A stretch of DNA of 64,000 nt from the NCBI GenBank assembly GCA_002633005.1, contig NMRA01000058.1, positions 163,585 to 227,584 on the forward strand, read 5' to 3'. The notes below the pieces were generated by a model, which was not told the DNA's origin, made no database searches, and worked only from the letters and a program-made list of their open reading frames with translations. The DNA is from Phoronis australis (taxonomy: Eukaryota; Animalia; Phoronida). The position numbers and the translations under genes are program-made. This document shows positions 53,050-64,000 of the stretch, piece by piece (the first letter of the stretch is position 1; every line of letters begins with the position of its first letter).

Positions 53050-54535
53050 TTACTCTGCTCATGTAAGCGCAGAGTACTGTTCCTGGGTTTTCCTCAATTT
53101 TATTACTCTGTGCGCGTTAGCACAGTTTTACTGTTCTACGTATTTTATCTTCTTATTCTTATTCGTCTTATTACTTGGCGGAATTCGAAGAATTCTGACA
53201 AGTATGTTGCTCTGACATCAAGTTTTTTACTTGGCGGAATTCTTCGAATTCTGACTAGTATGTTGCTCTGACGTCAAGTTTGTTACTTGACAGAATTCTT
53301 CGAATTCTGACAAGTATGTTGCTCTGACATCAAATTTTTCTTTGTTTGCACTCTACAGGTCGCAATTTTGGTCTGATTCACACGAAATTGGCACACGACG
53401 TGTAGATCTAAAAGTCCTGGAAGCCTATTGTTTTTGGTTATGATCGTATTCAAAATGGCGGATGCGGTGGCCATTTTGTTTACAGTTTCAGATTCAAATG
53501 CTCATAAAGGCCACATTTTTCAATGTACAGAGCTGAAACTTGGTACGATTATTACAGAACACAAGTACTACAACTGCGCATTAAATCTTTAACTTCCAGT
53601 CAAAGATGGCGGGAATATTGGCCATGGCGCATGCGCTCCTCGATATCTGGCCGAAAACGTTTTCTCTTGTAGAGGGCGCATTGGTGAACCAATCATTTTC
53701 AATCTCGTCACCTGTTTGTTTCATTTGATTGGCTATTATAAAAAATAATTTAACCGGAAGTTGCTTTCAAGATGGCGGCTATGGTGCATTTTCACCCATT
53801 TTGGACCGTTCTGTGGTCGCATTTTTAATGGGAAGAGCAAATGACGTGAATTTTTGCATGTGGATTCCTTCAAGTATGCTCTTTCAAAAGCTATGCGATA
53901 ACGTTTCTCTCGGACTTACCGTTTTTGAGTTATTTGACTTTGAATTTCAAAAAAAAAATGCAAAATTTCAATTTTTTTTGAAAATTTTACAGAATTGTGC
54001 GTTACTATAAATTTGAAAAGAGTTTTGAACGGGCTTTCAGATGATGTTTTCCAGTTTGCTAGGACGTCTACTTTTCAAATTATTTGAGATTTTCTGATTT
54101 TGCTGTTCCTTTGTTGAGCACTCTTGCTGCATTGATATTGGTTTAGCTTCTATTGAACAAGACTGCAGCCTGTTTCTTAGTAATGTCTTCGCTAGTCACA
54201 TGAATGTTATCCTGTTGTTCATAATCGCCGCCGTCATCGTCGTCGTCCTCCTCCTCCCCATTATAGTCTTTTCGCTTAATTTCGCCAAGTATCGCTCCTC
54301 CGAGCGCTCTCGTTTTTTTTTTGTTCGCACTCTACAGGTCGCAATTTTCGTCCTATCCACACGACATTTTGCACAAAGAAGAAGCCCCCTGCACTCTTTG
54401 CTGGCTGGGCGAATACTTTCATTGTGAGCACAAATAAGCTGAATGAAATGGTGCACCTGGTTAATATCCCTTTCTCCAAAGGCTTGAAATCTGTTGTAAA
54501 CTCTTTCGTAGAAAATCGCATCTGTATAATACTGA
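53050..54535 (+). mobile_element. Second HINE/Helitron-like family with an internal ~57-bp tandem repeat (3 copies, 53171-53340)
   Basis: 5' hairpin TACTCTGC..GCAGAGTA, TCTTAT microsatellite, repeats TTACTTGGCGGAATTC..TATGTTGCTCTGACATCAA; GCACTCTACAGGTCGCAATTTT recurs at ~53348 and ~54327. Confidence 0.55.
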
Positions 54536-54539
54536 AGTA

Positions 54540-55865
54540 CCGTATTCGCTGTAATAACCACCCAGGGCGCTTAGAAAAGTTCGTTTCAAGGGGGGCGCTT
54601 ATTATAACCCAATGCCGTTGAAACCCGGTTTCCGAAACGGGTGAAATCGGAAGCTAAGATTCATTATGTTTACGCTCTGTGACGTATATGTAATCTATGA
54701 AAGACTGTCAACAAAACTGTGGTGCATTGCTATCAAACTTTGCTGCTAAATTACGATCATTTTACAGAAAATTGTGCTGAAATCCCAGGGCGAAAACTCG
54801 CCGACTGCCTGCCTCGCAATCGTCGATATGGCGACTTGAATGCTTGAATAAAAATATGGTTTCGACTCAAGCAAATTATCTGAAATCCTCGTTAAGTTTT
54901 CCAAGTTTGGCGTCCCTAAGATTTTGAAGTTCCCGTGGAGCCGGGATCATGTCAGGTTTAAGTGCAAATCTATGCTATATCGTGCCATCTACATGTATGA
55001 TCGACAACATGAGAAAAATGTCTGGACGAACACACATGTTGCTGTCACGTGACGATTGGTTATAAGTTGTCTGCGTTTGTGAGTAAACGAGCGCGTGCGT
55101 GTCACCAGAGTTTATTTGCCAGAGCAGAGACCGTCTTTTGGCCAGAGCCACGCAATCTAACGAACTAGATGTGCATTGTATCTAAAGAAATTTGCACAAG
55201 CAGTTGGCCTAAACCAGAGCGTGTTTCACTGAGCACTTGCCGGCCTCGTGCTAAAAACGTTCGACTTTTGTCTCGGTAAGGCCATATTAGTCGCGGTGTG
55301 GCGGGATGCGTATGTGAGGGTGTGTAAGCATTCATTGTCAGAGGTTATTTTATCAGATATTTGGCTTAAAAACACCAGTTATGGTTAATCAAACAATTCA
55401 TTTAAAAAATAACGCAAACATTTTTTATAGTATTAGAAACTGTCGGAAATTAGTGCCAATATTCATTTCTTGCCGATGCTATGCTACCCGTTTCATGAAT
55501 GGATAGTTCCCGACTAATGCCTTTGATGACAGGTTCATGTATGTAGCGCGCGCTTCCCAGCCACGTGCTTTTAATACTCGCAATATCAGCAGAACTTTTG
55601 TGTTCGTTTTGAGGCATGACGGAAGTTTGAATCATATAGTCGCGGCTAAATACCGACGTAACGGCTAGGCTCGTGGTCTACAAATTCTGCGCACAATGAT
55701 TTTTTTCAGGACTGTCGAATATTTTTGATAAATTGAAGACGTTACTCTAGAATTTTAGGACTGTAGGTAAGACAGTTTTCGCACGTACACGTTCATAGAC
55801 TGGGCGCTTATTTTAGCAAAGGGGGGCGCTTATAGGGGCATGGGCGGTTATTACGGCGATTACGG
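54540..55865. mobile_element. Non-autonomous Tc1/mariner (Tc2-like) element, family B full copy
   Basis: TA|CCGTATTCGCTGTAATAACCACCCA...TGGGCGGTTATTACGGCGATTACGG|TA. Confidence 0.85.
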
Positions 55866-55867
55866 TA

Positions 55868-56420
55868 GTCGTTGATGACCTGTACTCCTTCTGGAAAATG
55901 GTAATTCGCCATTGCCTTCCTAATCAGTGAATGCATCATGGAACCATAAGCATTCTCTGAATCTAACCACATGACTGCCAAGTCTGACTTGTTTGCCTTT
56001 GTGTTGCCGATCAGCTCCATTAGAACCGCATTATGCTCCAGGCAACCTGACTGCCCTAGTACACCACCTTTATGCACTTTGGGGTCGATATTTCCATTCA
56101 CCAGGGCGTACTTGACAATTCTTGATGCAATCACTGCGAAGAAAATTTTGCACTCCACATCAATCAGGGAAATCACGTTGTAGTCTTTTACAGACACTGC
56201 ATCTTTGATATTTTTTGGATATAACAAGCCTCAGCCTTGCCTCAGTGATGAGGAAGTTTATCTTCAATTTCCATACGCCTTTTAGTAGCTTCCATAACAG
56301 TCTCAATAGGCTCGGGCACTTCTTGTATCGACGATAATCAAAAATTCCAATTGAGGTTTCAAGATCAATTGTGATGTTTCCTTCAGAAAGGGTTTCATTA
56401 AAATCAACCATATTGTTTTT
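55868..56420 (-). pseudogene. Non-LTR retrotransposon reverse-transcriptase remnant (HERO/NeSL-type, RLE clade)
   Basis: YKKCPSLLRLLWKLL, ISLIDVECKIFFAVIASRI, KGGVLGQSGCLEH, DLAVMWLDSENAYGS (RT motif WLDL.NAYGS); frameshifted. Confidence 0.85.
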
Positions 56421-58832
56421 TGCTATAAATGTACCCTTCTTTAGGTTAGGCTACGGAAGTGTTCTCCCTGGCAATACTGAGGTCCATGTCAAAGTAGGAC
56501 ATTTTTTGATTTCAGATTCAGTCCTTGTCAGGGCTATTATTGTTTTGAACTGCATTTCTACATGTTTTATTGTTTATTTTTATTAATATTGATTTAATTT
56601 AAGGGGGCTTTTTGTTGCTGTTCAGCTGTCAATGTTGAGTTCTTAGCTAAAGCCCTCAACCCTTTGGTCTTTTTAAAAATATTACCACACTCATCTGATC
56701 TTAAACTGTTGCTGAATGAGGTGGAAACTCAAGTCACAGGGAACGCATACATACACCAGGCGTACGTTCGAGGACCTCGGCTAGGACCTAGCTAAAATCT
56801 AGCCAAAGTCACGTGTTCTCATTTAAAATGCACTGCAATATCACACGTAATTTCCCAAAGTCTTGCTTTTAGTGAGGTCATAGCAATACCGAAAGGGAGG
56901 CAGATCAACTCCAGTCAAGTCAAGTCACAGGGAACGCATACATACACCAGGTCAACTCCTGTAAAGGGAAGCATTCATACACCAGGTCAACTGAGTAAAC
57001 TCTAATGCACTTTATTTAGTGGCTGATGGTGTGTTTTTGTTGTAAATGAAAAAATGGTGAGGAATATTATGGAATTGACACTTTTATGAGCTAAAGTTTT
57101 GTAAAACAAAAACTAAGTGACAACTTTAACAGGATTTTTGGGATTTCATCTTGAATACTTATACATCAAGCAAAATTTGTTTGTATCATTGATCCCATTG
57201 TTTGCCATGATTTTGGCTATCTGTTGCTAAATGTTACTGAACAGACACGGTCAAGTATTCCGAACAATGACAGATTGGTTAATAGTCAAATTCTACAGGG
57301 TTCCTGCTAGCAGAAATTATGTATGGTTCTGATTTTTCACATAGGTATGGTAATTACCAAAGTTCAACGGCTTATTATTACTTCACTACAAAATAATGAA
57401 AATTTTACCAAAATGTTGTTTTATGATATCTACACTGCACAAGCCATGGTATTAATAGACTAAAACATTGTTTTAATCTTTATTTTTGAGAAATTTGACA
57501 AATTAGAATTTTGCATCTAAGCTATATTGTATGTTAGATAAAGGAAGAATTACTGTGCTTTTCTTGAGTCAAATTTTACAGTTTTGTAAGATATGAATGC
57601 AGTGACTTGTCCTTTTGTGCTAGTGCTTTGGTTGTCGTGATCTTCCTGGTTGTCCTTGTGGCATCACTATTGGTGTCTAGAATCATGATTAGACTGATTT
57701 CTTCAGTCGATGTCACCTAGTGTTAATAAGTGATTTCAAAGTTGTGTTTCTAATCAAACATAATTTTTATGAAAAAATTTACCTGGTTTATACCATATTA
57801 TAAGTTAACCGTTTTTGAAAAATCCAAAGTTGAGCTGTTATATGTGTCCCAGTTGAGGAATTTTTATGATTTTCATTGCGCTTCACTTTTTAGATTTATT
57901 TAGTACTTTTTGTGAAATCTCTCGGTAAATTAGTGCTTATTATTTGGCTCCAACCTAATTGCCGGGACAAAATGCTTTGGAATCTCGCAGATTGGTTTTT
58001 GTTTACTAACAATATTAGATTAGTATTCATAGTAAACCACGCATGGAGTATTACCAAGTAATTATAACTGAGCACCCAACAAATGTTTGCCCAGAAAACA
58101 CTGTAATTTGTAGTGGAGCATGCTGATCATCCTAATTTGCCAAGGCTAAAAATATAGTGGCACCCTGCACAGACATCAGTGTTAAGAGGCTAAGTGATAT
58201 CAAAAGTGTGCTGTCTCAGAGTTTTGCCAGACCATCTTGTAAGATAAATGCATTGGATTAATGCTGCAATTTGAATGTGTGTAGTGTCTCTTAAAGTATC
58301 TTGTAACCAGTATTGATATGGGACTAACTTCAAGTCACTGGGTTAAAAATTCACTATGGTAAGGAACATGTTTCATCTATTGCAAAAAACTTTCAACTAC
58401 TGTAACCTTTAGTTATAAAAAGTTGAGAGTATTTCAATTGAATAGTGATGTTGGTTTCAGGATTCACTCGGTAGTAGACAACATATTACTAATGGTGTTG
58501 TAAATCAAGTCCTGCTAATCAATGTATTATGTCCTGTTGTGGCAACGATTTTATGAAATCCCTGTGGCACACAATGTTGTTGCAGACATATCTCAAGACT
58601 TTGGAAATCTTCTTGGTCAAAATCTCAAGAAGGATGCTCTAGATTTAATTCATAATTTTTACTAAAGAATAGGTGGCGCAACATCTGGCATCACTCGAGA
58701 CGACCTTGATATCATTTTCAATGTCATACTGAGAAATTTATATGTGGTACCAATAGCTCGAGGAGTGAGGTTTAGCTTGTGTTCAGTTTTTGTACCAAGA
58801 TGTAGGCGGTGCGTTTCCCGGGTGCCAATTGA

Positions 58833-60420
58833 TTTTTATGCGCCTACATTTTTATATGTGGATGCATTATGCTATCAACTCTGTCCGTCCGGCGTCCGGC
58901 CTGCATCTGTCCGGCGTCCGTCCAGCGTCCGCTGCTCTATTTCCAAAACCGGTTGACTTATGTTCATGAAATTTTGCACAATGTGACGGCATGAGTGAAG
59001 TTTCTGACATATCCGATTACCGGTGTGCCTCCTAGTGGCAATTTTCACAAAATTTGGATATAGGCATCTATTAGTGAGACGACAATAACCTCTCGTTTTC
59101 GGATGGATTCGACGTAGTTTGCACCACCTAGTAGCCATTTTTACTGTTTTCGAGTCTGTTTTTAGCGTCCACCCCTCTATCAACCAAACCGCTCTAAGCA
59201 TTATTGTGAAAATTGGCATGTATGTTCTTATTATTAAGAGAAAGGTTGACAATGATTTTCTGACGACTTCAACTACTGTGGCGCCTCCTAGTGGCAGTTT
59301 TGTTTTTTCGCCTATGGCTATATTTCCTAAACCGTTTGGAGGATCTTCAATAAATTTGGTAAGTGCTTTTATATGATGACAACAGATGACGACGACTTTC
59401 GGACAGATCTGACTTCTGCTGTGCCACCTTGTGGCAATTTTATTTTTTTACGTTTACCTCTGTATCTTCAAAGGTTCTCGACGCATCTTCATAAAATTTG
59501 GTGTACAGGCTTCTGTTAGTGAGCTGACGCTATCTTTCCGTTTTCAGATGGATTCGACCTAGTTCGCGCCACCTATTGGCCATATTTACTGTTTTTGTGT
59601 CTGTTTTTGGCGTCCACCCCTCTATCAACCAAACTGCTTTCAGGATAATTGTGAAAATTGGCATGAATTGGACAGGTGACGAGGATTTTCTGATGAGTTT
59701 GACTACTGTGGCGCCTCCTAGTGGCAGTTTCGTTTTTTCTCGCCCATGGCTCTATCTCCTAAACCGTTTGCAGGAGCTTTACTAAATTTAACAAGTGTGT
59801 TTATATAATGTTGACATCGGATAACGATTTTCAAATGGATCTAACTACTAGTGCTCCTGGTGGCCATTTTAGTTTCACGTTTACCTCTATATCTTCAAAG
59901 GTCCTCAATGGATTTTCTCTAAAATTTTGAATACGGGCATCTAGTGGTGAGATGACACTGAAAATTGGCGTATATGTTCTCAGTGTGAACAGGATGGTTG
60001 ACAATGACAACTTTGAATATTGTGGCGCCTCGTAGTGGTAGTTTTGTTTTGTTTTATTTTGTTTTGCGCCCATAGCTGTCTCCTAAACCCACTGCAGGAT
60101 CTTTATTAAATTTAAGTGTATTTATATGAAGCTAACGACAGACAATGACGACTTTGAGGCGGATCCAATGAATAGTGTGCTCCCTAATGGCAATTTCATT
60201 TTATTATCTTTTTGTTTGTTTCTCTGAAGTTCCTTGATGGATTTCTATGAAATTTGGTTTATAGCTTTCTATTAAAGAAGCAATGACATGTTCCCGTTTT
60301 CGGATGGATTGTACGTTTTACGCCATCTAGTGGCCATTTTTATGACACAAATAAGCAACCCTAAAAGCACACCATTTGCGATAGCATTCGTGGGTGCATT
60401 TCAACGCTCCGCGTTGCTGT
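58833..60420 (+). mobile_element. HINE family A copy 4
   Basis: TTTTTATGCGCC 5' hairpin, clear GTCC/GTCY microsatellite (58883-58930), ~445-bp internal repeats, 3' GTGGGTGCAT + CAACGCTCCGCGTTG. Confidence 0.85.
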
Positions 60421-61389
60421 TGTTATGATCTTGTGTTTTCAAGGTCAATGAGAAAGAAGGTTTTACTTTGAAAATGTTGTTGGTATGATAACTTGAGAAG
60501 GATGCTTTACATATGAGATTAACATGCACTAAGGTGTAGGTAGGCATCTCTGTAAGCCCTGGTCCAATTTGGCGACCTTAACCTAGTTTTCAAGGTCATA
60601 GCAAGAAATGTTAAAGTTGCATAACATGCACCACATGAAAGTTTATTTTTAAGTGAAAATTTTCCCATTTGAAATTTTGGGATTGCAATTGAGTGATCAC
60701 TTCCCATAATGCGGAAATAAAGTGTCTAGATATTGATTTGGCTTAGCTTTGTGCAGAAAAAGTTATCATCAAATAAAATTTACATTAATTTTGTTTTCAA
60801 GGTCATATGAAATCTCAATGTGTTGCATCACATCATGTATTTTATTGTTTAAGATGGAATTTTCTCATTTTAAAATTTTGAGTTTGCAACTGAGTGTTCT
60901 TTCTTTAGAATGTTTTGGAAATGAAGTGCTGCTTTGCATCTGGCTTTATCTTTCTCAAATAATTCATTACTCTACTAAAATTTTAGCCTTCAAGATGGGT
61001 GCATCGTGAGGCGGTTGCAGACAATTCGGTTAGCAAGTGTGATTGAACGCTGACTATTTTCCTTTTTCATAAGTTTCAGTAATAACTTCTTTTATCCCTC
61101 ACTAACTGTGTTTTAGACATCTAACTATTGTAAATATGTCACGGGGTGACATCAGTTTGGCGGGAAATTCGAAACTTAGCTTGAGAGAGATTTGAACTAT
61201 GATCTCTGAATTTTCAAGATCACGTGTTACCGCTAAGCCACGATGCACACTAAAAGCATAGATCAAAAAAATGTATGTAAAGAAGTTGTGCACAACGATA
61301 CTCAATGTTTGAGTGTTATTATTTGAGTGTAGTATTACTCGACGTAAAAGGAGTACTTTCAAACATTTGTTCATCGACTAAAAACCGGA

Positions 61390-62240
61390 CAGTAGCTGGT
61401 CATCACCCTGCAGCTATGGTGATGACCAGCTACTGACTATATTCCTGATATCGCTCAGTTCACTTTATGCATGTTACCCGAGTTGTATGTTGGCACTTGT
61501 TGTCCTACCGTAATTGTGGTAAATATGAGCCTGATGATATATTATGAATAGACGAAACGTTGTTTGAACATGAACATTTTTATTTGTGCGGCTATCATCC
61601 GGTTTTTAATCTTACTGTGGCCAAAAACTGATTTAATTTGTTCATCAATGTATTCGAAACAATCAAACTTCAAAAGACAGTATGTATGCATAGTAGTCAT
61701 GCAAGTACTTCCAAAACCATCATCATGAAGGAACTAAAGATTTCTACCAGATGTCAAGTGTTATTTATATCACAGAAAAGTGAGGTATTAATAGGTTATT
61801 GAATGGTTTCTGGGTTGTTAAATGTACTATGAGGAACTCGAGTGATGTTTTTTCTAAAAACCACCGAGTTTCTCATAATATGTTTGATAATACCAGAACC
61901 ATTTAATAACGTGTATGTATTGTTAATTAAATCAGTTTTTGGCCATAATAAGATTAAAAACCAGATGATCGCCGCACAAATAAAAAGTTCATGTTCAATT
62001 CAACGTTTCGTCTTAATTTTCATTAGACATCATCATGATCACATTTATAACAATTTAGGACAACAAGTGCCAACATACAGCTCAGGTAACATCCATAGAG
62101 TGAAGTGAGAGATACATAGAATATTGTCAGTAGCTGCTCATCAGACAACAAAAAGCCAACATACAGCTCAGGTAACATCCATAGAGTGAAGTGAGAGATA
62201 CACAGAATATTGTCAGTAGCTGCTCATCACCATAGTTGAA
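61390..62240. mobile_element. Inverted pair of Penelope pLTR-like repeats with hammerhead-like cores
   Basis: 61415-61637 is the reverse complement of 61925-62240 (the latter with an ~89-bp tandem duplication); CTGATGA..GACGAAACGTT at 61531-61561; 18-bp perfect hairpin at 61390-61435. Confidence 0.65.
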
Positions 62241-62449
62241 GGGTCACTGAGCTCTGCATGTTATTCAGAGAATCAGTGGCATGCTGGTTCTGAATGGCCA
62301 ATGACTCTTTAATGTACATTAACTGACCTTATTAGGTTCTCTGCATATAATACTAACAGAGTTGGCTTGGTGATTGGAGCTAAAACAATGCCTATATATG
62401 TATTGATGCACAACATGTCTAGTCCCGCTGTCTAATTCGAACAAGAGAT

Positions 62450-62700
62450 GTCCAACACTCGTACATAACACCAAAAGCTGATAATTTTTTAAAACAGCTT
62501 CTTATCACCTTCAAAATGGTTCTTTAAAGACCATTTTGTCACCTGCTACAGTCACAAACTCACTCAGTCTGAAATTGTTGGCAACTCAGAATCTGACCGC
62601 TATTGCCGTAAGATCTTGGAGGCTCTAATGATTAAAACTGAACATTCCTTGATAAATTCCCGAGACAATGGTTAGACTAGAATCCTCAACTATTTTAGTG
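62450..62700 (+). pseudogene. Penelope-like GIY-YIG endonuclease C-terminal remnant
   Basis: Broken peptide YHLQNGS..DHF..HKLTQSEIVGN..KILEALMIK..IN. Confidence 0.55.
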
Positions 62701-62718
62701 TCGCCTGCTGTTCAGCAG

Positions 62719-63260
62719 AAGCGTGTTCAACAGAGTGAGCGCCCGCTAACGTGTACTCGCGAACACAAGGAACAGCTCCTGAACAGCTGTGAGCGCTCAC
62801 TGTGCGATCCAGTATGGCGACTCTGAAGCAGATTGTGTTGAACGTCTTAGCCGATGAGTTTAACACTAACAGTCCTTCCTATGGCGTACTGAGCGATAAA
62901 TATGATTAATCTTTGCCAATAATTATTAATATCGGCAGCCCAAGACAACAACCGTGAAGGCTTTGGCCCGGCAAGAATCGAAAATTACGTCGAGGAAACT
63001 GTTCCTCGCTACAGCGACCCGCAATTTAAGTCGCAGTTTCGGATGAGTCGGTCAACTTTTGAGGTTAGTTTTCGTGTTGCAGAACCATGATGGGTTCATA
63101 TGTTGCGGACGTGAAGCCTTCGCAGGACGCCATCATGGAAATCTAAGCGAACATGCTCTCGAGGTTGTTCGCGAGCGCTTGTGAGCGCTAACGTGAACAC
63201 AGCTGTTCAGGACGAGGGCGCTCAAATCGCTCGCGGGCGCTCACTCTATTGAACACGCTT
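62719..63260 (+). mobile_element. PIF/Harbinger deletion derivative
   Basis: CAG|AAGCGTGTTCAACAGAGTGAGCGCCCGC...GCGGGCGCTCACTCTATTGAACACGCTT|CTG; internal peptide RIENYVEETVPRYSDPQFKSQFRMSRSTFE resembles the Harbinger transposase N-terminal F..FRMSR.TF motif. Confidence 0.85.
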
Positions 63261-64000
63261 CTGGTGTCTCTGTTGTCCTCTCTATTGGGTTTCACACTTG
63301 TGGGTGTATTGCTAATGATATCCACTGTGTTACTTTTTGTGTGTTGCTTTCTGACCTATATCTTCCTGATGGACTCTGTTGGCTTTTGCAGCATTTTAGT
63401 CACTTTTCAGATGACCAAGGAAGGTCTTATTCAGTGAAAGTGGCTGCTCTACGTTTTCAGTAAGGGGGGTTTAGGATTCGAGCGAATCCGAGGTGCATAG
63501 CGCCGAGGGGAAGGAAGGTCGAGAGAGAGTTTCCCTCCTCCTGTGCAACATTTTGTTGTTTTTAGTGGCTAATTTTCGTTTCTCTGGCAAAAGTTTTTTC
63601 AATTTTTATTTTTGATCCTGTCCCAAGGAGGGGTTTAAACCCCCTCAAGCCCTCCTGTAGATCAGCTTCTGAATAAATGGCTGTGATCCGTTTATAGTTG
63701 TCTCCTTTTGGTGTTATGTATGATTGTTGAATGTCTCCTGTTGGAATTAGGTGCATTGTGTGGCAATACAAGAAGCTATTGCTAAATCTTGAATTGTGGA
63801 AAATGTTTGACTTCCATACCACTTGCTTGAAAGAAGGCCTGTTACCAATTTGGTTAGCCTGTGTCAAATGCTCAGTGATTTCCAAAGTTAGGCCTTCCTG
63901 TAAATCGGAAATGATTTTTATCTCCATTTGACACACCAAACCAATATGTGCAATAGGGTCATAGGCCAATGTTTTTTAATCATTTTCATACTGCTGTGGT

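Noticed and set aside
63562-63969. 135-aa minus-strand ORF as a gene
   Set aside because: Only a faint resemblance to a decayed non-LTR RT, and it runs into a small hAT-like MITE (~63457-63670); too weak to call.

Overview
AT-rich (roughly 36% GC by eye) metazoan, probably marine-invertebrate, genomic DNA with two intron-rich genes arranged tail-to-tail. The first is a CARD-containing initiator caspase (caspase-2/9-like, + strand, 8 coding exons 959-14506, 5' end outside the window). The second is a complete enolase (- strand, 10 coding exons 38454->18945, 437 aa). I reconstructed all exons by hand with GT-AG boundaries and consistent phases. Introns and the gene-free 40-64 kb region are packed with transposon relics: Helentron/HINE-type elements with internal ~450-bp repeats, Tc2-like, hAT, PIF/Harbinger, Kolobok and piggyBac derivatives, Penelope-like and HERO-like retroelement fragments, and tRNA-derived repeats. 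Most notable: (1) a complete 537-bp miniature LTR retrotransposon whose LTRs are built around a tRNA-like Pol III promoter; (2) a HINE family carrying co-oriented arrays of CTCF-consensus motifs; (3) a very young fold-back element made of nested perfect palindromes 16 nt from a caspase splice donor; (4) Penelope-associated minimal hammerhead-ribozyme motifs, one with a compensatory U3-A8 core. TE superfamily calls come from terminal, TSD and peptide signatures recognised by eye, not from database searches.
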